The notes under the pieces are model-generated. The model was not told the origin of the DNA. It saw only the letters and a program-made list of their open reading frames with translations, and searched no databases. The position numbers were made by a program, and so were the translations under genes. Shown one piece after another: positions 15,788 through 23,755 of a stretch of DNA of 45,713 nucleotides. Every line of letters begins with the position of its first letter. The first letter of the stretch is position 1. Origin of the DNA: a virus; the UHGV virus genome UHGV-0265688, one strand, 5' to 3'.

Positions 15788-17428
15788 ATGCGAAAGTTAC
15801 TTGAGACAATTTTTGAAAAAATCAAAAAGAGCCATGAGTACCAGTCTATGGAAGACCTGTACTACATGAGCAAGGAAGCCATGAAAACCGACAACGGTCT
15901 TGGTGTAGAGTTTTTGAAACTCCTCTCTGCTGAGTGTGAGAGAGTCATGCGTGACAGGTCTATATCCGGGGAACAGGTGCGGCTGGTTTATGATTTGCAC
16001 AGGCGAGTTTGTCTTACTGCCGCTCCTTACGATTTTGACTGCTATCTGCTCTATGTGGAATGGAACCGGGAGCCCGACAAGAAGTTTTACCCTCCCCGCC
16101 GTAAGGTTTTGAAGCAGGTGGTGGACGCTCTGCAAGAGCTGGCAGACGATAAGCTGGATTTGTTGGCGGTCTCTCTCCCACCGGGCGCAGGAAAAACCAC
16201 TTTGGCTATCTTCTACCTCACATGGCTCGGCGGGAAAATCCCCAATGACCCAATGTTGACCGGCTCGCACTCCAACAGCTTTGTACGAGGGGTGTACGAT
16301 GAATGTCTGCGCATATTTGACCGCAACGGAGATTATCTGTGGCACGATGTTTTTCCCGACATCAAAGTGTCCAACACCAACGCCAAAGACTGCCGCATTG
16401 ACCTTGACAAGAGACAGCGTTTTGAGACCTTGGAGTTCACCTCCATCGGAACCGGCAATGCTGGTCTGTATCGTGCGGCTACTCTGCTCTACTGTGACGA
16501 TCTGGTGTCGGGTATTGAAGTCGCATTGTCAAAAGAGCGTCTGGATAAGCTGTGGGAAACCTATACCACTGACCTTCGACAGCGTAAAATCGGAGACCAC
16601 TGTAAGGAGCTTCACATTGCAACCCGTTGGTCTGTCCACGATGTCATTGGTCGGCTTGAGCGGGAGTATATCGACAGTGACCGGGCAAAATTCATTGTGA
16701 TTCCCGCTCTTGATGAAAACGATGAATCCAATTTTGACTACGCTTATGGCGTGGGGTTCAACACAACATTTTACCATGAGCAGAGGAACATCATGGACGA
16801 TGTGAGCTGGCGAGCACTGTATATGAACGAGCCGATTGAGCGTGAGGGCTTGGTTTATGCACAAGACGAGCTTCGCCGTTACTTCGAGTTGCCGAAGGAA
16901 GACCCTGACGCAATCATCGGTATCTGCGACACCAAGGACAAAGGAGCGGACTACGCTTTCCTGCCGGTGGCGTATGTGTATGGGCAGGATTATTATATTG
17001 ACGATTGCGTGTGCGACAATGGGCTACCCAACATCGTGGACGCTCGGCTGACGGAAATCCTTGTGCGAGACAAGGTGAAATCCTGCCGGTTTGAGTCTAA
17101 TTCCGCTGGGCGGCGGGTCGCTGAGAAGATACAGGAGGAAGTGAAGAAAAAAGGCGGTATCACGCACATCACTACCAAATTTACCACCGCCAACAAGGAA
17201 ACGAAAATCATCGTAAACAGCGCATGGGTCAAGGAACACTGCCTGTTCAAAGACGCTTCTCTCTACCAGCGGAAGTCAGACTACGGCAAGATGATGGATA
17301 TGCTCTGCTCTTACACAATGGCTGGTAAGAATAAGCATGATGATGTTCCCGATGGAATGGCAATGCTGGCTGAATATGCCCAAAGCCTGAGCGGACAAAA
17401 GGTGGAAGTTTTCAAACGACCTTGGTAA
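15788..17428 (+). CDS. terL: Terminase large subunit
   Basis: RBS TTGGAGGTATT then ATG. Walker A LPPGAGKTTLAI. C-terminal nuclease-like region. 546 aa. Confidence 0.8.
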   Translation: MRKLLETIFEKIKKSHEYQSMEDLYYMSKEAMKTDNGLGVEFLKLLSAECERVMRDRSISGEQVRLVYDLHRRVCLTAAPYDFDCYLLYVEWNREPDKKFYPPRRKVLKQVVDALQELADDKLDLLAVSLPPGAGKTTLAIFYLTWLGGKIPNDPMLTGSHSNSFVRGVYDECLRIFDRNGDYLWHDVFPDIKVSNTNAKDCRIDLDKRQRFETLEFTSIGTGNAGLYRAATLLYCDDLVSGIEVALSKERLDKLWETYTTDLRQRKIGDHCKELHIATRWSVHDVIGRLEREYIDSDRAKFIVIPALDENDESNFDYAYGVGFNTTFYHEQRNIMDDVSWRALYMNEPIEREGLVYAQDELRRYFELPKEDPDAIIGICDTKDKGADYAFLPVAYVYGQDYYIDDCVCDNGLPNIVDARLTEILVRDKVKSCRFESNSAGRRVAEKIQEEVKKKGGITHITTKFTTANKETKIIVNSAWVKEHCLFKDASLYQRKSDYGKMMDMLCSYTMAGKNKHDDVPDGMAMLAEYAQSLSGQKVEVFKRPW

Positions 17429-17482
17429 TTCACAATTTCCACCGAGTTTTCAACAAATAATTCTTAAAATAAGAACCACAAC

Positions 17483-17511
17483 TTGACTTTTGAGAATTGA
17501 AATGCTATAAT
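17483..17511 (+). promoter_or_regulatory. sigma70-type promoter TTGACT-N17-TATAAT upstream of the portal gene leader
   Basis: TTGACT 17483-17488, 17-nt spacer, TATAAT 17506-17511. Followed directly by hairpin R2. Confidence 0.55.
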
Positions 17512-17540
17512 ATATGCGAAAAATTATAGTTTGAGTTTGG

Positions 17541-17600
17541 CGCATGATTGCGAGTATAGCGAAAGCCTTACGAACAGTCATGCGTCTTTTTATTTTCGAG
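17541..17600 (+). promoter_or_regulatory. Leader hairpin R2 upstream of portal: GCGCATGAttgcgag...cagTCATGCGT then CTTTTTATTTT
   Basis: Same GGCGCATGATTGCGAG core as R1. Stem partner changed in a compensatory way (GCGCC in R1 versus TCATGCG in R2). Confidence 0.5.
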
Positions 17601-17617
17601 GAAAGGAGGGAGCAATC

Positions 17618-19078
17618 TTGGGAAATGTGATCGACACCTCAAAGCCGGTGAGCAAAACCCGGCAAATGAGCGGCAGACGGGTTATCAAGTCCAGCGTGAA
17701 GGAGATTACCAACGAGAATGTGGTTACGGTTTTGCAGAAAGCACTCAACGACCACGCTCTCAACCGCAGTGAGATTGATTACCTGTGGAAGTACTACAAG
17801 GGCGAGCAACCCATTCAGAATCGGACAAAAGAAGTCCGTCCCGAAATCTGCAACAGGATTGTGGAGAACCGGGCGAACGAGATTGTTTCCTTTAAGGTCG
17901 GTTATCTCTGCGGAGAACCTATCCAGTATATCGGCAGGAGCACCGAGGAAAGCGTCACCGCTGGTATTACGGCTCTCAATGAGCTGATGTTCGCCGAGGA
18001 CAAGGCCACGCAAGACCAAGAGATTGTGGAATGGCAGATGATTTGCGGAACCGCTTTCCGCTTGGTGTTACCCGATGAAGCAGACGATGAAGACGAGTCC
18101 CCGTTTGAAATGTACACGCTCGACCCCCGTGACACCTTCATAGTGTACTCCAATGAAATCGGGAACAAGCCGCTGATGGCGGTAAAGTACAGCAAAGACG
18201 AGGACGAGGTAACGCACTATTCCGTTTACACCGAGAACTACTACTGGCTGATTGATGGGGACATCATCAATCGGGAGGAGTCCAAGGCTCACGCTCTGGA
18301 CATGATTCCGATTTTTGAGTACCCGGCGAACAACGCTCGGCTCGGCTCTTTTGAGATTGTCCTTCCCCTTCTGGACGCAATCAACAACACTGAGTCCAAC
18401 CGTATGGACGGTGTGGAGCAGTTCATTCAAGCGTTCTGGAAATTCATCGGTTGCCACATCGAGAAAGAGAAATTCAAAGAATTTCTTGCGGAGGGAGCCA
18501 TTCTCGTGCCGCCTAACGACAATGGCGGCAACATTGATGTTGACCTCGTTGTAAAGGAACTGAATCAGGGGCAGACGCAGACGCTCAAAGACGATCTGTA
18601 CAACGCTGTTCTCACCATCTGCGGTATGCCCAACAGAAACGGCGGCAGTTCTACTTCCGACACCGGGGCGGCGGTGCTCCTGCGTGATGGCTGGTCGCTT
18701 GCGGAAGCGAGGGCAAAAGACAGCGAGCATATGTTCAAAAAAGCCGAAAAGAAAATGCTCAAGCTGGTTCTCCGTATCTGCCGAGACCTGTCTGACATCA
18801 ATCTCCGCTTGAAGGACATCGAATTGCAGTTTACCAGACGCAATTACGAGAATATTCAGAGCAAGTCTCAGGTGTTGGTGTCCATGCTACAGCAGTCGAA
18901 GATTCACCCTCTGTTGGCGTTCCAGCACAGCGGCCTATTCGTAGACCCGGAGAGGGCGTACACCATGAGCATGGAGTATTACGAGGAACAGCAGGAAAAG
19001 CTGGCGCAACAGCAGATGGCGGCGCAGAACAACCCGAACAATCCGAAAAACCCGGACAGTTCGGACGAAGACGAATAA
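17618..19078 (+). CDS. Portal protein (SPP1 gp6-like)
   Basis: TTG 17618 five nt after AAAGGAGGGAG. The track's ATG 17531 would read through the leader hairpin. Size and position after terL. C-terminal acidic tail. Confidence 0.7.
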   Translation: MGNVIDTSKPVSKTRQMSGRRVIKSSVKEITNENVVTVLQKALNDHALNRSEIDYLWKYYKGEQPIQNRTKEVRPEICNRIVENRANEIVSFKVGYLCGEPIQYIGRSTEESVTAGITALNELMFAEDKATQDQEIVEWQMICGTAFRLVLPDEADDEDESPFEMYTLDPRDTFIVYSNEIGNKPLMAVKYSKDEDEVTHYSVYTENYYWLIDGDIINREESKAHALDMIPIFEYPANNARLGSFEIVLPLLDAINNTESNRMDGVEQFIQAFWKFIGCHIEKEKFKEFLAEGAILVPPNDNGGNIDVDLVVKELNQGQTQTLKDDLYNAVLTICGMPNRNGGSSTSDTGAAVLLRDGWSLAEARAKDSEHMFKKAEKKMLKLVLRICRDLSDINLRLKDIELQFTRRNYENIQSKSQVLVSMLQQSKIHPLLAFQHSGLFVDPERAYTMSMEYYEEQQEKLAQQQMAAQNNPNNPKNPDSSDEDE

Positions 19079-19198
19079 TTAAAGCGATTTTCGCTTGGTT
19101 ATGGTGAGGGAACACCTTAAAACGCAACAGGGAGACAACCCTTCAAACAGAAAACCGTGTAGAGTGAACTACCTATGAAACGCAAGGAGGAAATCAGT

Positions 19199-19774
19199 AT
19201 GAACCTTAAAGAAGTGCTTGGGGACGCTTACAAAGAGGGTATGACCTTTGAAGAGGTCGAAGCCGCTCTGGAAAAGGTAACTGTCCCGGAAGACCATTCC
19301 GCTGAAATTGAAAGGCTGAAAAATGCCCTCTCCAAGAGCAACAGCGAAGCCGCTGGGTATAAGAAACAGCTCCGGGAGAAAATGACCGAGGACGAGCAGA
19401 AAAAGCAGAAGGAACAGGAGGAGCGAGAGGAACTTCAAAACAAGTACGACAAGCTCCTGCGTGAGTCTGTTATCGCCAAGAACAAGGCGAAGCTGGTTGC
19501 TCTCGGCTATGAAGAAGCACTTGCCGATGAAACGGCAGAAGCTATGGCAGACGGCGATTCTGAAAAGGTGTTTGCCAATCAGCAGAAGCACCTCGCTTCT
19601 TTTGAGAAAAAGGTTCGTGCCGAAGCTCTCAAGAATACACCGAAACCTACTCCCGATGGAGATTCCAAGACCATGACGCTTGAAAAGTTCCGAAAGCTCG
19701 ATCCGATGGAGCGTCATAAGTTCTCTCTGGAACACCCAGAGGAATACAAAGAATTTTATGGAGGTAAAGAATAA
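19199..19774 (+). CDS. Scaffolding protein
   Basis: RBS CAAGGAGGAAATCAGT then ATG 19199. Highly charged coiled-coil protein between portal and capsid. Confidence 0.6.
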   Translation: MNLKEVLGDAYKEGMTFEEVEAALEKVTVPEDHSAEIERLKNALSKSNSEAAGYKKQLREKMTEDEQKKQKEQEEREELQNKYDKLLRESVIAKNKAKLVALGYEEALADETAEAMADGDSEKVFANQQKHLASFEKKVRAEALKNTPKPTPDGDSKTMTLEKFRKLDPMERHKFSLEHPEEYKEFYGGKE

Positions 19775-20592
19775 TGGCTTTTACACACACTATTTATGAC
19801 AATTTCTTCCTCTCCAACGAGGTGGAAGACCAGTATAAATCTCACCTTGACCTGCAACAGTTTTGCACCGTTGACAACTCTCTGGTGGGTCAGCCCGGTA
19901 TGAAGCGCAAGATCAATGTCTACAAGGCTACTGATGGTACTGAGAAGCTGGCTATGGGTGCTGGTAACAGCAAGACCATTCAGGTTTCCTACACCGAGGA
20001 GGAATATGAGATTCTGCTTGCTCAGAACCGTTTCGAGTACTATGACGAGCAGGCTATGACCGACCCCATGCTCATTCCTGTCGGCGTTCGCCACATGGGT
20101 ACGGATATGTTCAACACCGTCAACAAGGACATCTTCGCAGAGTTTAACAAGGCCACTCTCTCTGTTGCGGCTACCGATTACGGCTTTGGCTCTTTCGCTG
20201 ATGCTGTGGCGAAGCTAAACCTTGAGCAGATTGAGGGTGTGAACATCTTCGGTTTCGTCAATGCGGCTGACATGGCTTCTGTCCGTAAGGCTTTGAAGGA
20301 AGACCTCAAGTATGTCGAGTCCTTTGCCCGTACCGGCTATGTCGGCACTGTTGCGGGTGTGAACCTGTACACCAAGAAGGACGCTGTGACCGGCACTATC
20401 ATCATCGGTACTCGTGAAGCTGTCACCCTGTTCAACAAGAAGGGTGTGGAGATCGAGCAGGTTACTGCCAACAGCCGTTCTGAGACTGCGGCAAACACCC
20501 GTCTGAACACCATTTTCTCCCGTAAGTACTATCTTGCGGCTCTGACGGACGCTACCAAGGCAGTTAAGATTACCGTCAGCCCCGGCGTGTAA
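19774..20592 (+). CDS. Major capsid protein
   Basis: ATG overlaps the scaffold stop (TAATGG). 272 aa. Position after scaffold. Confidence 0.65.
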   Translation: MAFTHTIYDNFFLSNEVEDQYKSHLDLQQFCTVDNSLVGQPGMKRKINVYKATDGTEKLAMGAGNSKTIQVSYTEEEYEILLAQNRFEYYDEQAMTDPMLIPVGVRHMGTDMFNTVNKDIFAEFNKATLSVAATDYGFGSFADAVAKLNLEQIEGVNIFGFVNAADMASVRKALKEDLKYVESFARTGYVGTVAGVNLYTKKDAVTGTIIIGTREAVTLFNKKGVEIEQVTANSRSETAANTRLNTIFSRKYYLAALTDATKAVKITVSPGV

Positions 20593-20615
20593 TCGCAATA
20601 TAAGGAGGACAGAAA

Positions 20616-20861
20616 ATGTATCGAGTAATCAGCCCGTTTCGGGATTTGAAAAACGATGAACACCTCTATCAGGAAGGTGATATGTACCCTGTGGAGGGGT
20701 ACAAGCCCACCAAGGCTCGTATCAAAGAGCTTGCGGAGGGTAAAAACCCGCTGAACCGGGTGTTCATCGTGAAGGACACTACCGAGGAGACCCCCGGCGA
20801 TTCCACCGAGGGTGAACCTGAGAAGGACACTACCGAAGAGACCTCGGAAACTAACGAATGA
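20616..20861 (+). CDS. small acidic head protein, function unknown
   Basis: RBS AAGGAGGACAGAAA then ATG. TTEET-repeat acidic tail. Confidence 0.45.
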   Translation: MYRVISPFRDLKNDEHLYQEGDMYPVEGYKPTKARIKELAEGKNPLNRVFIVKDTTEETPGDSTEGEPEKDTTEETSETNE

Positions 20862-20878
20862 AAGGAAGGTGAGACAGC

Positions 20879-21193
20879 ATGACGCAGGAAGAAAAACTGA
20901 CCGCTCTCAAGGCCATGGTAGGAAGTTCTGACCCTGACGAAGTGTTGTCCACCTACCTCACTCTTGCGGGAAGAAAGGTTCTTGCGAAAGCCTATCCGTA
21001 CCAGAACGATGTAACCGAAGTCCCGGCACAGTACGCCTACCTCCAAGTGGAGATTGCGGCGTATATGCTGAACAAGCGGGGAGCCGAGGGACAGACCTCT
21101 CACTCGGAGAACGGCGTATCGAGGAGTTATGAGAACGGTGATGTCCCCTCCTCCATGCTGAAAGCGGTCGTTCCATATTGCGGGGTGATTTGA
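20879..21193 (+). CDS. Head-tail connector protein (gp6-like)
   Basis: RBS GGAAGGTGAGACAGC then ATG. Size and position. Confidence 0.5.
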   Translation: MTQEEKLTALKAMVGSSDPDEVLSTYLTLAGRKVLAKAYPYQNDVTEVPAQYAYLQVEIAAYMLNKRGAEGQTSHSENGVSRSYENGDVPSSMLKAVVPYCGVI

Positions 21194-21600
21194 TGAAGTG
21201 TATGAGCAGAAATAAAGCCCGATTCTTCTATGCCCTGTATGATGGTAAAACTCCTATCACAGACGATTATGGAAATGTGACCGGCGAATACGACATTCAC
21301 CATGGCAAGCCTACAGAGTTTTTCGCCAACATTTCGGCGGCAAAGGGAGAAACACAGACCCGGCAGTTTGGGGAAAACGAGTCCTATGACAAGGTGATCG
21401 TCATGGACGGTGACGCTCCCCCGATTGACGAATACGCTGTGCTTTGGGTTGACCGCACACCACAACTGGACGAGGAGGGCAATCTTGCGGTGAATGAAAA
21501 GGACGAGGTTATTACTCCCCATGATTACATCGTGAAAAAGGTTGCTAAAAGTCTCAATGTGGTGTCGCTGGCGATAAGCAAGGTGAGCGTAAGTGGGTAA
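21193..21600 (+). CDS. head closure / head-tail adaptor protein (putative)
   Basis: ATG 21193 (TTG 21178 alternative) overlapping the upstream stop. Confidence 0.4.
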   Translation: MKCMSRNKARFFYALYDGKTPITDDYGNVTGEYDIHHGKPTEFFANISAAKGETQTRQFGENESYDKVIVMDGDAPPIDEYAVLWVDRTPQLDEEGNLAVNEKDEVITPHDYIVKKVAKSLNVVSLAISKVSVSG

Positions 21601-22120
21601 AAAGGTCATTCGTATCAGCCTGTCAGAAAAGGACATCGACCGGGCTATCAAAGAGCTTGAGCAATACAAGCAAGAGATTATCCGTAAAACGGAACTTCTT
21701 CGCACCAAAGTTGCGGAACGGATTGCGAACCTTGCGCAGAGCGGGTTTAACGGTGCTGTTGTGGACGATCTCACCAATGAGAGCGGCGGCGCAAAGACAG
21801 CCGAGGTACAAGTTTCCATTGACGAACGGGAGAATGTCTCAATCGTTATCGCCGCTGGCGAGGACGCTGTTTGGGTGGAGTTTGGCGCAGGTGTGTATCA
21901 CAACGGTTCAGCCGGGAGTTCCCCTCACCCGAAAGGCTCTGAGCTTGGTTTCACCATCGGCGGGTATGGCGAGGGTATGGGCAAGCGTCAGACATGGGGC
22001 TTCTATGAAGACGGTGAGCTTCGTCTGACACATGGTACACCCGCTATCATGCCCATGTACAACGCACTGAAAACCGTCTGTGACGAAATTGCGGGGATTG
22101 CAAAGGAGGTGTTCGGATGA
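21593..22120 (+). CDS. tail-proximal structural protein (HK97 gp10-like, putative)
   Basis: GTG start overlapping the upstream stop. Position. Confidence 0.4.
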   Translation: MGKKVIRISLSEKDIDRAIKELEQYKQEIIRKTELLRTKVAERIANLAQSGFNGAVVDDLTNESGGAKTAEVQVSIDERENVSIVIAAGEDAVWVEFGAGVYHNGSAGSSPHPKGSELGFTIGGYGEGMGKRQTWGFYEDGELRLTHGTPAIMPMYNALKTVCDEIAGIAKEVFG

Positions 22121-22521
22121 TCGACATGGAGAACGAGATTTTCAACGAAGTGTCGGCACAGGTGCGAGAACAGTACCCGGACATCTTCATGACTGGCGAA
22201 TATGTGAAAACGCCACCGTCCTTCCCCTGTGTTTCTCTCGTGGAGGTGGACAACGCTACCTTCCGCAACACACAGACCGCAGAGGGCAAGGAAAACCATG
22301 TGGCGGTCATGTATGAGCTGAATGTCTACTCCAACCGCACGAAGGGGAAAAAGGCCGAGTGCAAGGAAATCGCCGCTTTCATAGACGAAATCCTGATGGG
22401 GTTGAACTTCACCCGCACCATGCTTGAGCCTGTCCCCAATCAAGACAATGCGACCATTTATCGTATGCTCGGTCGATACCGGGCTGTGATTTCTAAAGAA
22501 AAGACAATTTACAGGAGGTAA
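22117..22521 (+). CDS. tail terminator-like protein (putative)
   Basis: ATGA-coupled. Position before the major tail protein. Confidence 0.4.
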   Translation: MIDMENEIFNEVSAQVREQYPDIFMTGEYVKTPPSFPCVSLVEVDNATFRNTQTAEGKENHVAVMYELNVYSNRTKGKKAECKEIAAFIDEILMGLNFTRTMLEPVPNQDNATIYRMLGRYRAVISKEKTIYRR

Positions 22522-22527
22522 TGAATC

Positions 22528-22959
22528 ATGGCGATTTCTACTTACAAGATTTTCCTTATGAAGAAGTCCAGTGAGGGTGATACTTACGAGAAATTGATTG
22601 ACATTAAAGAATTTCCTGATCTCGGCGGCGCACCTGAAATGCTGGAAACCACTACCCTGTCTGACAATATGCAGACCTATATTCCGGGTGTTCAGTCTCT
22701 CGACGCTCTTGAGTTCACGGCGAACTACACCAAAGTGGACTTTACCAAGCTGAAAGCTCTTGAAGGTCAGGAAATCGACTTTGCCGTTTGGTTTGGCGGT
22801 ACTGGCGAGGGTAACACTCTTGCCCCCACCGGCTCTGACGGTAAATTTGAGTTCAAGGGTCAACTCTCCGTATTCCCGGTTGGCGGCGGTGTCAACGAAG
22901 TCGTGGACATGACTATCACTATTGCTCCGTCCACTCCCATCACTGCGGCTGAGGACTAA
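22528..22959 (+). CDS. Major tail (tube) protein
   Basis: RBS ACAGGAGGTAATGAATC then ATG. 143 aa. Position immediately upstream of the G/G-T chaperone pair. Confidence 0.6.
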   Translation: MAISTYKIFLMKKSSEGDTYEKLIDIKEFPDLGGAPEMLETTTLSDNMQTYIPGVQSLDALEFTANYTKVDFTKLKALEGQEIDFAVWFGGTGEGNTLAPTGSDGKFEFKGQLSVFPVGGGVNEVVDMTITIAPSTPITAAED

Positions 22960-22988
22960 TAACTAAGATTTAACAGGAGGACAGACAA

Positions 22989-23318
22989 ATGGCAAAGCAG
23001 TTGCATTTCACCTATGACGGTAAGGATTACACACTGGAATTTACCCGCAGAACGGTTGCGGAAATGGAGAAGAAGGGTTTTATCGCTTCCGACATTACGG
23101 AGAAGCCCATGACTACTCTCCCCGCATTGTTCGCAGGTGCGTTCCTTGCCCATCATCGTTTCGTCAAGAGCGACATCATTGACAACATCTATTCCAAACT
23201 TACCAAGAAAGAAGACCTGATCGGCAAGCTCGCTGAAATGTATAATGAGCCTATTTTGACTCTGGTAGAGGAGCCAGAGGAAGCCGAGGGAAACTTGGAC
23301 TGGACAGCGACTTGGTAA
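22989..23318 (+). CDS. Tail assembly chaperone (gpG analogue)
   Basis: RBS ACAGGAGGACAGACAA then ATG. Slippery heptamer near its 3' end. Confidence 0.65.
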   Translation: MAKQLHFTYDGKDYTLEFTRRTVAEMEKKGFIASDITEKPMTTLPALFAGAFLAHHRFVKSDIIDNIYSKLTKKEDLIGKLAEMYNEPILTLVEEPEEAEGNLDWTATW

Positions 23319-23755
23319 GTGAATCGCTGTCCTCCACTGAGGGGAGTGGTGGTAGTTCTGCCACTGCTCCCCTCTCCACTTACACGGAAAAATTCAACGA
23401 GTTGTTTCCCCATTACCTGTCCTTCGGCATGACCGAGGAGCAGTATTGGGATAAAGATTGTACGCTTGTGGCGGCGTACCGTAAAGCGGAAGAACTCAGA
23501 ATGAATCGCAGAAATCAGGAAATGTGGCTACAAGGCGCATATTTCTATGACGCTCTGTGCCGGGTATCTCCTATTCTTCACGCTTTCGCCAAAAAGGGCG
23601 CAAAGCCTGTGCCGTATCTTTCGGAAGCCTACGCGCTTACTGAAAAACAGGTGGAACTCCGACAGGAGGAACACGCCAAGGGGGTGTACGACAAGGGCAA
23701 GAAACTGATGGAAGGGTTCATGGCAAGCCACAATAAAAAGTTTGAAGGGAAGTGA
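22989..23755 (+). CDS. Tail assembly chaperone G-T fusion produced by -1 programmed frameshift at 23288-23294
   Basis: The downstream ORF (23312-23755) is in the -1 frame, overlaps the G stop, and is read continuously after slippage on G GGA AAC. Confidence 0.6.
23288..23294 (+). promoter_or_regulatory. -1 programmed ribosomal frameshift slippery heptamer GGGAAAC (X XXY YYZ in the G frame)
   Basis: Zero-frame codons are gag|gga|aac, so the heptamer is correctly phased. Conserved G-T arrangement upstream of the tape measure. Confidence 0.65.

Noticed and set aside
17531-17617. Portal start at ATG 17531 as given by the ORF track
   Set aside because: Would translate through the conserved leader hairpin and T tract and has no RBS. 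TTG 17618 has a strong AAAGGAGGGAG RBS at ideal spacing.
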